A stretch of 64,000 bases of DNA from Octopus vulgaris (GCA_951406725.2 OX597832.1:63488001-63552000), one strand, 5' to 3'; numbered from the stretch's first letter, positions 1-14,574 are shown. The notes: a model not told the origin generated them from the letters alone. Numbers and translations are program-made.

Positions 1-159
1 TTGCAAACCCATCAAACCTATACCCATGTTATTCCAATATGATGACAATGTCAAAGAGAAGAATGCTATCAATGATACGAAATGGAATCTTTGAATTACA
101 TCATTAACAATCTTCTTGATTGAAGAAATTACCATAATGTATGAAAATTCCTACATTTT

Positions 160-327
160 CACACACACACACACTTATTTGCATGTGCACGCACATACAC
201 ACACACTTATCTGCACACACATACACATGCTCTTATCTGCACACACACACACATGCTCTTATCTGCACACATACATACACACATGCATATGCATGCACAC
301 ACATACTTATCTGCACACACACACACC
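160..327. repeat. CA-rich minisatellite
   Basis: Repeated (CA)n-CTTATCTGCA units. Confidence 0.85.
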
Positions 328-859
328 TTACTAAATGGAGGCAATACAACAGATAAGAAGAGGGGTAGAAAAAACCAACAGACAGCAAAGAAACACAATA
401 GGGGTGAGACTAACTCTTTCCATGCCAACCACCCAAGGCTGCACCTTATTCTACGATACAAACTCCATGTTTTAAACTGGCTTACATTAAAACCTTCCAT
501 CAAAATTTGATTTAAGTTCCAAAAGTTACAAAGTTATTTTACAAAATTCGCTATTTTCGAAATTAAATGAAACAAAGTAAATCTCAACAGAACTATGGTA
601 CCAAAAGGGTTACGGTACATTACTGACAATAACAAGAGTGTGAGTTCAAATTTACTATGGTAATCATGTTTTACTATTGAGCAAAGCACCTAATTCTGCT
701 GCCCTTCTTCTCCTTGAAAAAGAAAAAAAAAGTCCACTTTTATTTTATGGTTGAGTGATTAGCAAAGGAAGGACAGCCAACTGTAAAATGAATTGCTCCA
801 ACAGCAACTAAATATACCCAGTTTGCTTTTCACCCATCCACAGTTGATAAACTGATTAA

Positions 860-1081
860 CCCTTTTGTTATTGTATTTATTTTGAGATGCTCTGTGTTTC
901 TTTCAATTAATTTTAAATATAACAAAGAATTTAGTAAAATAACTTAGTTATCATTAAGCTAGTGTTAGGAACATAAATTGTGACTAAGGTTTGAGGGAAT
1001 ATTTTAATGTTAAACTTAAGAAAACAAGACATTTGTACTACAGAGCCAGAGCAGGTTTGGGCCAGGTTGGTAACAAAAGGG
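860..1081. mobile_element. piggyBac-like MITE with TTAA TSD
   Basis: ttaa|CCCTTTTGTTA ... TAACAAAAGGG|ttaa. A related copy at about 31186-31793 is interrupted by the hammerhead element; a similar TTAA element lies at about 22860-23070. Confidence 0.8.
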
Positions 1082-1112
1082 TTAAATACTGGTGAGATCA
1101 ATGTAATAAGAT

Positions 1113-1318
1113 CAGTGGTTCCCAAACTTGTCACTATAAAGGACCCCTTTTATTTAAATGAGTTTTCCCCACAGACCCCTTTTAATATACTTCTTTGTCT
1201 CTGTGTCTCTTTCTCTCTCTGATTCTCTCTCTGTCTCTCTGTCTCTCTCTCTCTGTGAAATTTTGAATTTAGTTCATGGACCAGCAGGGGTCTGCGGAAC
1301 ACAGGTCGGAAACCACTG
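1113..1318. mobile_element. hAT-type MITE
   Basis: CAGTGGTT ... AACCACTG ends; TSD not preserved. Confidence 0.6.
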
Positions 1319-3774
1319 TCCCTAAGAAGACAGTATCTCAGCAGTACCAACACTCTAATAACCATTTTTAAGTTAAGCACAAGGCCAGCAATTTTGAAGG
1401 GAGGCTGTTGGTCAATATCATAAACACTGTATTTGACTGGTACTTTATTGACCCTAGAAAAAAACTATGTGGTCAAGAAGCTGGCTTTTCAATCATGGAT
1501 TTCAGGTTCAGTCTCATCATGCAGCACCTTGGGCAAGTACCTTCTACTACAGCTCTGAAGGATTTTGTTGAACGAATCAAACCCCTGTAATTATTTTTAA
1601 GCCTGCTACTTATTCTATTGCACTTTTACTAAACCACTAACTTACAAGGACATGAACAAACCAACACCAGTTGTCAAGCTGTAGTGGGGGTCAAACGCAA
1701 CACAAAAACACATACATAAATATATACATAAATACACACACACACAACTGATTTTTTTCTGTTTCTGTCTAAGAAAACCCCTCAGAAGACTTTAGTCGGC
1801 CTAATACTATAGTAGAAGTACCACGCGGTGAGATTGAACCCAAAACCATGTGGTTAGGAAGCAAACTTCTTACTGCATAGGATAGTTAATTCTACATTGA
1901 CTTGTTTCATCAGGTAATAAGGTAATGGTAGATTAAAATTTGTTTCTCATTTGTTTAATGATGCCTAAAACAAGGTTAAGTGCAGTCATTATATTCCTCT
2001 ACGGTTTCTAGAAGAATTAACTAATTTGATGAGGGATTCTTTTTGCATTTGGTGGTAGGGGGGTGCGTTATAATTGGAACGCACTGAAGGTATATTTAAG
2101 GGGTTTGTGTTCGTTATTGGACTCTTCATATGCCCACAGATGTAGAAAGTGAAGATAATAAGAACAAGATGTCGATTCAGAAACAGTTTCTGGCAGTTGG
2201 TTTTATAAACAAGAATAAGTCAAACAACATCATCATCAGTCCACTTAAAACATACAGCTGAATGTATAAAACAAAACAAAAAAAGGAGTAACAAAAAAAA
2301 ATCCAACAACTTATGTAAAAACAATCTTATTTTGGTTGATAAGAAAAACTAGCTTTATAAACACAGACATTGAAAAAAAGTTATGGAAGGTTCCATTTTT
2401 AAACTTACATCCATGCATGAAAAGAAAAAAAAAAATAGAGTAAAGTTTTGGGAATACTTCTGCATCAAATATTTTTACTTGTTTCAATCATTAAACTGAG
2501 GCTATGCTACAGCACTACTTTCTTGGATAAGTCAAACAAATTCATCCCAGTACTTATTCTATCAAAATCTTTTGCTAAACTGCTAAGCTTTGAGGATTTT
2601 GAGGATGTAAATAACACACACACACACACGAATAATGTGTGTGTGTGTGTGTAGGTGTGTGTGTTTGTCCCACACCTCCACTTGACAACTGGTGTAAGTC
2701 TGTTTATGTTCCTGTAACTTAGTGATTTGGAATAAGAAGACTGATAGAATAAGTTAAAAACAAAAAATGGGGGGGAGCAATTTGTTTGAATAAAACCTTT
2801 GATGGTGGTGCCCCAGCATGGAGCAGTCCAATGACAAACAAGATATGCACACACACACCTAACTTCCATTCAGTTTTCGTCTACCGAATTCACTCACAAG
2901 GCATTGGGAGGCTCTGGGATCATAGTAGATGATACAAGCGCAAGGTGCTGCCCAGTGGGACTGAACCCAATGCCATGTGGTTGTGAAGGAAACTCTTTAA
3001 CTCCATACACAGTCATGCCTGCACCATTTTACTGGTAACAATTAAAAAGACTTGATTAGTTTAACCAGAATGTTTCCTTTTTACTTTGACACAAGTAACG
3101 ACTTGCACCATCTAAAATACATTACAAGCCTCATTAAGATTCTAATTATTCAAATTATTAAGCTCAGTCTAAAAGTGTCATCATCATCATCATCATTTAA
3201 CGTCCGTTTTCCATGCTGGCATGGGTTGGACAGTTTGACTGAGGACTGGCAAGCTAGTAGGCTGCACTAGGCTCCAATCTGATCTGGCAGTGTTTCTATG
3301 GCTGGAAGCCCTTCCTAACACTAATCATTTCAAGAGTGTTTTGGGTGCTTTTTTATGTTCCACCGGCATGGGAGCTAGTCAGGGGGCATTGGCCTCAACC
3401 ACGTTAGGATGGTACTTTTTACGTGCTGCCGGCATGGGAGCCAGTCAGCGGGGCACTGGCATTGACCATGTTTGGATGGTGCTTATTTCGTACCACCAGC
3501 ACGGGAGCCAGTCACAGGGCATTGGCATCAGCCACAACTACAGTTTCCATTTTGAATGTATATTTACAATATTTATATCTACACAGTGTAGCTATGTATA
3601 GTGTTAGTCTGGAGAACTATAATCTTAATAACAACTTGTGGCAGGTATTTAGACACTTCAAAGTTTCACTCATGATTTATAAATTACACAGTTGAACTTT
3701 GCAGGTTCTCTATGAGAACAAAGAGGACACATTTATACATTAAAATTAACTGTGGCTGCAGATACAAAAAAAAA

Positions 3775-4205
3775 AGGTGCAGGAGTGGCTGTGTGGCAAG
3801 AAGTTTGCTTTCCAACCACATGATTCCAGGTTCAGTCCCACTGTATAGCACCTTGGGCAAGTGTCTTCTACTATAGCCTCAGGTCAACCAAAGCCTTGTG
3901 AGTGGATTTGGTAGACAGAAACTGAAAGAAGCCCATCGTATATATATATGTGTGTGTATATATATATATATATATATGCATGTATGTATTTGTGCGTCTG
4001 TGTTTCCCCACCACCACCACCACCGCTTGACAACTGATGTTGGTGTTTTTACATCACTGTAACTTAGTGGTTCAGCAAAAGAGACTGACAGAATAAGTAC
4101 TAGGCTTACAAAGAATAAGTCCTGGAGTTGAATTGTTCAACTAAAAGCAGTGCTCCAGCATGGCCACAGTCAAATGACTGAAGCAAGTAAAAGAATAAAA
4201 GAATA
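3775..4205 (+). mobile_element. tRNA-derived SINE family B (CORE-like CACCTTGGGCAAGTG segment, internal microsatellite), representative copy
   Basis: A/B-box head TGGCTGTGTGG..GGTTCAGTCC. Other copies lie near 1600, 2640, 7385, 29170, 42800, 45640, 52006, 54705, 55240, 60785 and 63180. Confidence 0.8.
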
Positions 4206-4768
4206 AAGAATATTACAAAAGTTTATTTAATATGAAGTTATTAAAGTGGATTAACAGATTCGATAGTGTGGTCAACAAAGTTCCGTGGGATGTTTAGTTT
4301 GGCCCTTTTAGGTTCCCAGTCAAATCCCCACTTGGTTCAATTTGGCCTTTGATCCTTCTAGCAACAACAAAAGGATATAATGCACCAAGGTTGAATTTTT
4401 TTAATTACCAAACACCTTCATTGGATCCACTTTTCAATGTCTCTCTCACACAAATACTGGAGCACGATGCAGTCCTTTGGCCCATTGGGTTCTGTCAAAC
4501 CATCTGACCCATGCCAGACTGGAACATGGACATTTGATTAGCATTAAAATGCTACATTTTACACATCTTCACAAACATGTTACAAATGGTAAAATACATT
4601 CTCTACTGAACAAAGAATATTTTGGCAAGTAGTTGTCACAAAGACTTAGCAATCTACTGATTAAATTAGCCTAAAATGTTGTTGTTGTTGTTATTTCACA
4701 CCAACCACCCTACCTTTGGTCAAGACTTATGATCAAAAGCATTCTGGCTGTAATAATAATACCACTTT

Positions 4769-4987
4769 AAGGCAGCGAGCTGGCAGAAACATTAACACGC
4801 CAGGCAAAATGCTTAACAGTATTTCGTCTGTCTTTACATCCTGAGTTCAAATTCTGCTGAGGCCGACTTTGCCTTTCATCCTCTCGGGGTTGATAAATTA
4901 AGTACCAGTTGCACACTGGGGTCGATCTAAGTAACTGGCCCCCTCCCCAAAAATTTCAGGCCTTGTACCTAGAGTAGAAAAGAATAA
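4769..4987 (+). mobile_element. tRNA-derived SINE family A (central GCCTTTCATCCTTTCGGGGTCGATAAATTAAGTACC, Nin/Deu-like domain), representative copy
   Basis: 14-bp TSD aataataccacttt. Other copies lie near 5255, 7838, 12205, 16700, 16960, 17967, 18163, 21470, 26553, 41010, 46321, 52323, 54051, 56376, 59463 and 60100. Confidence 0.85.
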
Positions 4988-5656
4988 AATAATACCACTT
5001 TTAGTGGGGTAATCAAGGACATTAGCGAAACAAATCCTTCCCATTTTTTTTATGACTCACAATCCCATTTTGGAGGATATTTTGTCAGAAATCTATAATT
5101 AGTGGTCTTTTACTAACACACACAAAACTGAGAAAATGATAAATTCTGGGAGGTGGAGGGTACAGTAAACTATGTAGTAGTAATCAATTTAGTTGATTAT
5201 AGTCTTTCTCTAAACATTATAGCTAAATGAGAAACTAATTATTATTACCAAGATAGCAACGAGGCAGAATCATTGGCATGCCAGAGAAAATGTTTAGCAG
5301 CGTTCCATCCAACTTTATGTTCTGAGTTCAAATGCCACTGAGGTCAATGTTACCTTTTATCTTTTCAGAGCAGATAAAATAAGTACCAGCTGAGCACTGG
5401 GGTCAATGTAATCAACTAGCCCTGGCTTACAAAATTCAGGCTTTGTGGAACAGAAAGAATTATTCAAGAGTGGGTGGTACCTCTCAAAGTGTAGACCTGT
5501 GAGTCAAAGAGAAGGAATTGGAGAGGGCATTTGCTCTTGGGGTTTTAGGGAAATCTTGGAAAGTAGGGTTCCTTGATTATCCCTAGAGGCCTTCCTGTAT
5601 CAGGAGGGCCATACCTCTATCATCCTCCCCAACACTTGTTTTTTAAACCTTTGACA

Positions 5657-6210
5657 TTATCATCATCATTGTTTAACGTTCGTTTTCCATGCTGGCATGG
5701 GTTAGAGAGTTCAACTGGGGTCAGGGAAGCCAGGAGGCTACTCCAGGCTCCAGTCTGATCTGGCAGTGTTTCTACAGCTGGATGCCCTTCCTAACGCCAA
5801 CTACTCTGAGAGTGTAGTGGGTGCTTTTTTATGTGCCATCGGCACAGGGGCCAGAGGGGGCTGGTATCGACCACGATCAGATGGTACTTTTTACGTGCCA
5901 CCAGCACGGGAGCCAGTCAAGGTGGTACTGGCATCGCCCACATTCAGATGGTGCTTTTTACCTGCCACCAGCACAGGGACCACAACTACAATTTCCATTT
6001 GATTTTGATGTACTTGACACAATAGGTCTCCTCAAGCACAGCATGTCGCCCTACAATCCAAGGTATTTTTTGAGTGGACTGATTATGCGACACTGGTGTA
6101 GGTTACAGCTGTGAACTCACTTTATTTGCCGGGTTTCCTCAGTCACAGCATATCTCCAGAGGTCTAGGTCTTTCATCACTGCCTAGGTGAGGCTCAACAT
6201 TCAGAGGTCA
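5657..6210 (-). mobile_element. Family C repeat sharing the 3' UTR and (GAT)n tail of the RTE LINE, representative copy
   Basis: GGCGTTAGGAAGGGCATCCAGCTGTAGAAAC..CCATGCCAGCATGGAAAAC core. Other copies lie near 3178, 10850, 11470, 13360, 22415, 27300, 30040, 30830, 35588, 37010, 49380, 53675, 55025, 61400 and 63325. Confidence 0.8.
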
Positions 6211-8790
6211 TTATGCAATATGTCCCTTCTTTTTCACTACATACCATGTATACTTTCTTTTTCTTAATCATTTCATTCTACATAAACCCCCACACTTTAT
6301 ATCTGTCTTTGTATTGTCCCCCTCATCCTTTGCCCTTGTGGCAAATAAATGAAGTCATTATTATTATTATCATTATTATTATTATTATTATTATTACCAC
6401 TAAGGCAGCAAACTGGCAAAGTCATTAGCATGTTGGACTCGTCTACCTCTTCACATTCTGAGCTCAAATCCCACAGAAGTCAATTTTATCTTTCATCCTT
6501 TTGACTTGATAATATAAAGTACAGTCAAGAACAGGGGTCACTGTAATTGACTAACACCCTCCCACTAACATTGTTGTCCTTGTGCTTTACAGTATTTCTT
6601 CTGGCTCTTCACATTCTGAGTTCAAATCTCACCAAGGTCAAATTTACCTTTCATTTCTCCAGGGTCAACAAAATAAAGTACTTTTTCAAATACTGGAGTC
6701 CACAGTATCAACTGCTCCCTCTTCCCTCAAAGTTGCTGGCCTTGTGTCAAAATAACATTATCATCATCATCATTAATAAACGAAGTTATTTATATTATGT
6801 TTAAAAACAGACCCATCGCACCAGTGCTTCCGTTTATTATTAGAACATATTAAATAAACAAATCTTACCAATTAAAAGAAACATAAAACAAAATTATAAA
6901 AACAACATAAGCCATAAAATAACAACAACAGCAACACTTAATTATCCCTCGAGACTGAGATGTGATTTCAAAATTAAATAAATAAATATACACTCTGTCA
7001 TTCAACTGTTCTCTCTTGCAGAAATATTAACATTACAGACACTTGTTGACTGATGACGCAACATTTGCAATGGTGGAATTTATGACAAGAGTGATGAAAT
7101 GTATCATATACAAAATAAACAACGGCTATTGACCCTTTTAATACCAACCCTTCCAAGTGACTGCTGTACATTCCTTTAATATGAAAACTACCCAAGTGTT
7201 TAGAATTTAAATTAACTCCATGACAACGGCTTTTTTATCAGAATTGATTGATTTTTTTAAAAAAGATTTGAGAGGATGAAAGACAAAGTTGACCTTGTGA
7301 AGAATTGAACTCAGAGCACAGAAAGTCAAAACAAATAGCCACAAGGCATTATATCCAACACTCCAATGACTGCTAATTTTCCAGATTTGGCTATGTGGTT
7401 AAGAACTTTGCTTCCAAACCACATGGTTTCAGGTTCAGTCTCACTGCATGACACTTTGCAGTCGACCAAAGTCTTGCAAGTGGATTTTGTAGATGGAAAC
7501 TGAAATAAGCCCATTTACATATATGTGTGCATGACAGAGAAATAGAGAGTTTGTATCTCAGTGTCTTGACATCATGCGCTTGATGTAAATGAGTGTCACC
7601 GTCATACAAGAGGTGTCATTCATTTCCAAAATTCCGTGGAAATATCTTCTGGCCATGGGGAAATATTGTTTTGCTTGAAAAACAGGCAAGGGCATCGTTC
7701 CATAGAAAATCTGTCTCAATAAACTGTTCAAGCCATGAAATTATAGAAAGTAGACATTAAAACAATGATGAAATTCTTCCAGAGTCAAACCAGTGCAGCT
7801 ATTAGACTGATGGTTATCCAATATTTTCATGTTTTAAGGTGGCAAGCTGGCAGAAACGTTAGCACGCTGGGTGAAATGCTTAGCAGTATTTCATCTGTCT
7901 TTAAGTTCTGAGTTCAAATTCCGCCAAGGTCGACTTTGCCTTTCATTCTTTCAGGGTTGATAAATTAAGTACCAGTTACATACTGGGGTCAATCTAATCG
8001 ACTGCCCCCACCTCCCCAAAAACAATTTCGGGCCTTGTACCTAAAGTAGAAAAGAACATTGACTTAGTAAATGGAAATTCTACTGAGGATACCACCACCA
8101 GCAGTAGCTTGTTGTTTACCATGTGATATGACACCAGCAGGCTGTTCAGTTTAAACCATGTGATAATTACAATATCAACAGACAATTTCTACTCACAGGC
8201 TCGTATATCATTTCAATTCTTCAAGTCGTGAAAAGCATGGTCTTGCATACTTGAATGAACTTATCGACATGAAATACAAACTATACTCCACTATTTTAAC
8301 ATTGGCTACATTCTTCTTTGTTCTAAACAAGTCAAATACAGTTGTTACTACTACTACTACTACTACTATAACACGAGCCAATGAGAGAATCACACCTGCT
8401 AGAAACAGCAACTTAGTATCCCACAAATTACACCTTACCATCTAAGAAAAGAATAGGCACATTTTTTTTGTGTTTTCTTAAATGGCTTATAAACATCTTT
8501 CACACTGCAATTATTTTTGTTTCAGCACTCGATCTCAGATCAAGTCACTTGCTATGCAAGTACATCTCCATAACATTTGATAATGTAATCCAAGGTACAT
8601 TGTGTTTGAAAAAGAAGAGATAGCCACTAGTAGATTGCCTTTGGTCATAAATCTCTTTAACTAGGATTGATCTTGGGCTAAACAATAACTATTAATACAC
8701 ATATGTAAAGTAAACAGGATTAAATATCCAGAGATAGAGGTTTTGTGCACCGGAATTTATGGTTGACAGTATTCACCATAGATTCATTAT

Positions 8791-8794
8791 ATCT

Positions 8795-8857
<63 letters not shown>
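8791..8857. repeat. (TC)n microsatellite
   Basis: Direct reading of the sequence. Confidence 0.95.
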
Positions 8858-8860
<3 letters not shown>

Positions 8861-11175
8861 TAACACACACACACATCATATGTTTTAAAATACTTCTCAA
8901 TAAATTATGTAAAGAATGGAAACCTTTGCTCGTAAAGTACTTAATTTACAAGACATTGTGCTAACAAAGACAACTTGTTGACAAATATATCAGTGACAAA
9001 TGAGAAACAAACAAGAAGAAACAACCCCAGTCTGTGAAAAATATGTTCCAACTTTGGTTTTCTATTGTTAGAATTACTCTACTAAACCATCTTTCCTGTT
9101 CTTCTGCCTCCAGGGCCCAACACTTCTTCACATCCTGCTTTATTTTGCTTCACAGTACCACCCTTATTGCTCCTACCTACTCTTGTATAATGCAAGTAGC
9201 CATGTATCTCCTCTACAGCAAGAAACCTGTTCCAGCCCTTTCATTCATATTTTCACCTCTCATAAAGCTGCCCTCTCTTTACTGTGGGCTCACTCAGTTG
9301 AAAGGGACCTCAGGGTTACATAGGGTTACAAGTGACCTCGCTAGTGCTGCTGCTTAAAAAGAAAAAAAACATTCCAGTCGCCTAGTACACACTGTAAAGT
9401 GGTTGATATTAGGAAGGGAATTCAGAGTAGATAGAACATGTGACTAAATGATATTTAATTAAAACCCCTTTATGTTTTGGGTTCAAATACATACAATGTC
9501 AACTTCACTTTTCATTCACCTGGGGGTTAACAAAATAAATACTAATGAAGTCCAGTAATTTGTTCTACTACTTTACAGTTGAGTGATTACCAGACAGAAA
9601 GACAAAAATAATTGCACCAACAGTGTGAAAATATTGGTAATTACAATTAGGTTAAAAAAAAATCCCATTCCTGCTAGTATAGAGAAAATAGGTAAAACTA
9701 TTTTTATCTATAAAACAGAATACACATTAAATAAGGTTCTATTAGAAAGAGTAACAATATTTCTGTTGGCTACAGAGTCAACACTGAAATCTAGATAATA
9801 TTCATTACAGCATCTAACAGCTCACAGCATTCTAAACATATTGTCTGAGATTAGTTAATAGATTAGAGGTAAGAATGTGGATTGTCCCATGTGGGCAATT
9901 CCCCGTAGAAGTGCCTGAAATAACATCAGATACAAGCATCTGACAAATTCAAAAGAAATTATAGTGTAATATTTACTACAAAATAAAAATGTTTCCAGCA
10001 CATTTGTACTGAAAAACTCCAGAAAGATAAATCCAAACTTACTTCTGTAATAAACAAACAAACAAACCAACAAGGATGCGAGTTCTTTTGCACTGAAACT
10101 AAACTTCCAATGAGATATCTTTCAGGATATTTGTCAAATTAAAAGAAAATAATATTTGATAAATTTGAACAGATTTGTTATTTGTAGCAAAAAGATTGTT
10201 AGATAAATGGTAAAGAAATAATAAACCAACTACATGTCATTGTAACTTAAGTGAGTGTGCGTTTGTGATGGTGGTGGCTGTGGGGAGGGATGATTCCAAC
10301 AAAAAGGCATGCAGATAAGAATATTCTCAGCTATAAATTTAGAAAACAGCACCAAATGTTTTGTTTACTACAAAATGCAACTGATCTCTTGTTAATGTAA
10401 GAGACATGGTAAGCATCATAGAGAACTGTCTCAACCTTGATAGGATAATTTAAAGGATAGGGGAGTGCGTTGGATGAAAAATAACCAATACTTATTCAAA
10501 ACAATGTTACCTGAAACACTATTGAATATTTCTAACATAGTCAATTCAGGAATTCTTGTAGCTATAAGCACTAAAGGTTAACACGCATGGAAGGAGCTAC
10601 AATGTATTGCTAACCTATCCAACCCATGCTAGGACTGAAAACAATGACGAAGATCTGATATAGGGCCAGGGCCAGAAATATAGAGGGAAGAGTCTAGGTG
10701 TTTGATTCATTGTCAGTGCTTAATTGATACTTTATTTTACTGACCCTGGAAAGATGGCAAGTATTACTGCAGTTTGATCAGAAATCAATTTGACAAGATC
10801 AAAGCCCAAGAATGGCAAAGGATGTAGGCATTGGTAAGAAAATTAAACTGGTGCACCAAAAGCACCCATTACACTCTCAGAGTGGTCAGCATTAGGAACA
10901 ACATCTAGCTGTAGAAACCATGCCAAACCAGACTGGGGTTTGGTGCAGCTCCTCAGCTTATTAGCCCTGGTCAAACTGTCCAATCCATGCCAGGATGGAC
11001 AACAAACATTAAAAGATGGTGATGGTGATGATGGTAGTGATGACGGTGCATTCAAATAAAAAAAATACTCTGCACAGTATTCGTTCTGTTCATGTTGTAC
11101 AGAGATTGAACCAGAGATTGGTTGTTGGAAACTAATGATGCTATTGTTTACCAAAGGGAATATAAAAGAAATGTG

Positions 11176-11470
11176 TTGGGGGGCCTCATGGAGGCAAAGT
11201 GGCTGAGCTCCTTTCGAGCAGTGGGCCTCATGGAGGCAAAGTAGCCAAGCTCCTGGGACTCATGGAGGCAAAGTAGCCAAGCTCCTGGGACTCGTGGAGG
11301 CAAAGTGACTAAGTTCTTTTTGAGTGTTGGGCCTCATGGAGGCGAGGTGGCTGAACTCCTTTCAAACAGGCCTCACAGAGACAAAGTGGCTGGCCTCTTT
11401 TTGAGCATTAGGCCTCATGGAGGCAAAGTAGCCAAGCTCCCTTTGAGCGTTGGGCTTCATGGAGGCAATG
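11176..11470 (+). repeat. Tandem array of about 28-40-bp units inside a family C element
   Basis: Repeated GGCCTCATGGAGGCAAAGTGGCTGAGCTCC. The same units occur inverted at 22700-22783 and 35870-36047. Confidence 0.8.
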
Positions 11471-14400
11471 ACCAAGACCTTTTTCATTATGTTGTGCTTG
11501 AGAAGAAGACCCATCAAGCTGAGCAAAATCAGTCATGGTAGATACCGGTGTCATGCAAATGGTACCCATGCCGGTGGTATGTAAAAGTACCCATTATACT
11601 CTCAGAGTGGTTAGTGTTAGAGAGGGCATCCAGCCATAGAAAACCATGCCAAATCAGACTGAATCCTGGTGCAGCCTTCCAGCATACCAACCCAGTCAAA
11701 CAGTCCAACCCATGCCAGCATGAACAAAAGAAGTTAAAAGATGATGATGATGTGTGTATGTGTGTGTGTGAGCACACGTGTACACACAGACATACATAAA
11801 ACTCTAGAGTCATAAGTTTATATCCAATCCTCTAGAGACATTAGGTTAGGTCATTGGGTAGTGATGGAGGTACTCAATTTTACTGCTGTGCTCTGTGGCT
11901 AAGTCAGTTATAAGTGAATTATGAAAGATTCCACTGGATCACACAGCAGTTCTGGTTTGTGAAACCAAGCTGAGGTAACTATAGTTTGTTGTTGTTGTTG
12001 TTGTTGCTTAACCACAGTTCAGCCATGGCTAAGAAAAGCTACAAATCAAAGAAGTTTCAGCTGTGACCATCCCTTCTTATTTATCAAGGCCTACGTTAAC
12101 CAATGAATACATTTCCTTTAAAGACATTGTGATCTCAGAAGATTTAACTACTGTTTCTAACAGATCTAGCAACAACCTAGATATTCCCTTTGTGTGTGCA
12201 ATTAGAGCTGGCAGAAACATCAGCACGCCAGGCGAAATACTTAGCAGTATTTCGTCTGTCTTTGCCTTCCATCCTTTTGGGATTGATAAATTAAGTACCA
12301 GTTGTATACTGGGGTCGCTCTAATTGAATGGCCCCCTCCTCATAAATTTCGGGCTTTGTGCCTAGAGTAGAAAAGAATTAGATGCATGTGCACACATATA
12401 CAGCAAAGTAAATGGAAGAAAGAAGAAATGTTTTTCATGCACATATGGAAATATACATGCCAATTCCCACAGTAAAAGAGAAGGAAGGAAATGAAACTGC
12501 CAAGGACACAAGAATAGATACCATTTGCAGAGCACTCACTCACTCAATGCTGATAGTTCTAAGCAAATCACAGAGAAACCACATCTGCTTGTGCTTGCTG
12601 TAAATGTAGAGTTAATTAAGCCAGCAGGACCAACTAAATAGACCCTGGCTACTAAAATAAACAATCTAGTAGCGAGAGTATGGAACATATCAAAGCAGGA
12701 AATAGCTTCACCATTCCTAAATTTCAATTATTTTGTTTCTACTTCCTTTGATGGTGTTTTTTGTTGGGTTTTTTTTTTCCTGTTTCCATTCATTTTATTG
12801 CAGCAGAGCTTCTATGTAAAATAAGCTAAACACCAACAGTTGAACCCCGCCCACCTTTCTCGTAAATTACTTCAGGAACTGCATTAAAATTTGAAAACCC
12901 TTAATGCTATTTATGAAATCAGAAGAGAAGAGAATACATCTACACTACGAATATGCGTGCATGCATAACAGCACTAGTAAAGGCACTACAAGAGAGACAG
13001 AAGAAAGAATTACTAAAGAAGAAGAGAGAGAGATTTTTAAAAATGAGAAAGGTGAGTGGGGGAGGTCAATGGGTTAGTTGGATGCATGTGTTAGTTACAT
13101 TGGCGGTTGGGGAGGAGGAGGAGAAAAAGGGAAGTGAAAATTGAATTTTGACAGCAGCAGCTGGTATTCATACAAGAGAGTTTGTTCCTAACAGAAAAGT
13201 TGCTGATGAATGTTAATAACATTAATCAGCACCAAATTTATTAAATAATTAACAACATGTTAGATTTTATAAATAGTGCATAACATGTGGAATGGTAATG
13301 CATGCTAAATATATGCTCCGAGACACACACAAACACATGTAAGCATGTCTTTTATCCTAATCATCATCATTGTTTAGCATCCGCTTTCCATGCTTGCATG
13401 GGTTGGACAGTTCAACTGGGGTCTGGGAAGCCAGAAGGCTGCACCAGGCCCAGTCTGATCTGGCAATGTTTCTACAGCTGGATGCCCTTCCTAACGCCAA
13501 CCACTCTGTGAGTGTAGTGGATGCTTTTTATGTGCCACCAGCACAGGTGCCAGATGAGTCTGGCAAACGGCCACGATCGGATGGTGCTTTTTACATGCCA
13601 CCGGCACATTTAAACTAAACCCTTCTTCTCTCTATAATTAACTTTCTCCCTCCCTTCTTGTAGTGGTTCCTCTCCCCTTTAGTTTTTCTCTCTTTTCTCT
13701 ACTTTTATAAGTAGCCCTGGGCAATGAAAGACACACGGAATCCCTGTTTGATTAGTTCATTATTTCTGTATCAATAAGGTTCAGCTATGATAATTAACGA
13801 TATCACAGATGCTTATGGATTGCATGACAGATTAATAAACACAGTTGCCACCTGTCGGCCACCTAATCACCTATCATGATGTGCATGGCTAGAAGTCATT
13901 AGTCCAACCATCCTGACGAAATAAGATAATAGTGAAGGAGCTATTTTGGGATCACCTGTCTAGTCTTGACTAGAGTGCTGTTAGGCATGGCTCCTCAACC
14001 ATAGTAAAATCGACTTAAGTAGGAGAGCAGCAACTATGAATGTAATTTTTCACAGGAAAGGTGTGAACTCCACAAACCACAACAAGGGCAAACAATCTAA
14101 GAGAGTTGTATCTCTGAATAATAAAAAAAAAATCTGCATGGAAGAGACAAAGGCAATTTAAGAGAATATAGTAACTCAATAGAAATTGATACTATGTATA
14201 GGAGGGAGGGGGTCGCTTTGGTCTTGATAGATAAGTTTTCTAGTGATGGTAGTATGAAAAAAAATGCAGAGAACCCAAGAAGTAAAGCGGTTGATGGAGG
14301 GAAGGATACCCACTCCATGCTGTAAAGTTATAGGGCATTCAGCCATTTGGGTGGTCAGAAATACAATGAAAACCCTTATTTGCATATATAAGACTAACAC

Positions 14401-14574
14401 TTATCATGTTAATACAGTACTAAGTAGCAGGGAAGTTAGGTCGGAACATCAGGTCAAGTTAGAGAACCCCTCGTGACCACATGATCACACCAACTGTCTT
14501 CCTTTCAGATCCAGATATCAGACACAAATAATTTACCTGCCACAGGAAACTTTTCTCTTCTTGTCAGCTGCAAG

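Noticed and set aside
1-150. Open minus-strand frame at the window edge (EFSYIMVISSIKK...)
   Set aside because: No similarity to the expected PCCB continuation, no polypyrimidine tract, and truncated by the window.
116-510. His/Thr- and Val/Cys-rich ORFs in the ORF track
   Set aside because: They are translations of CA/TG microsatellites. Most other short ORFs (for example those with FPCWHGLD or LQLDALPNANHS) are translations of SINE-like repeats.
7050-7080. CTGATGA plus short stem as a hammerhead (also CTGACGA at 41257)
   Set aside because: No GAAA after the stem and no stem I or III.
10036-10070. Minus-strand ttacag|AA|gtaagt as a microexon or recursive splice site
   Set aside because: A 2-nt insert would break the frame, and it is not a zero-length AG|GT site.
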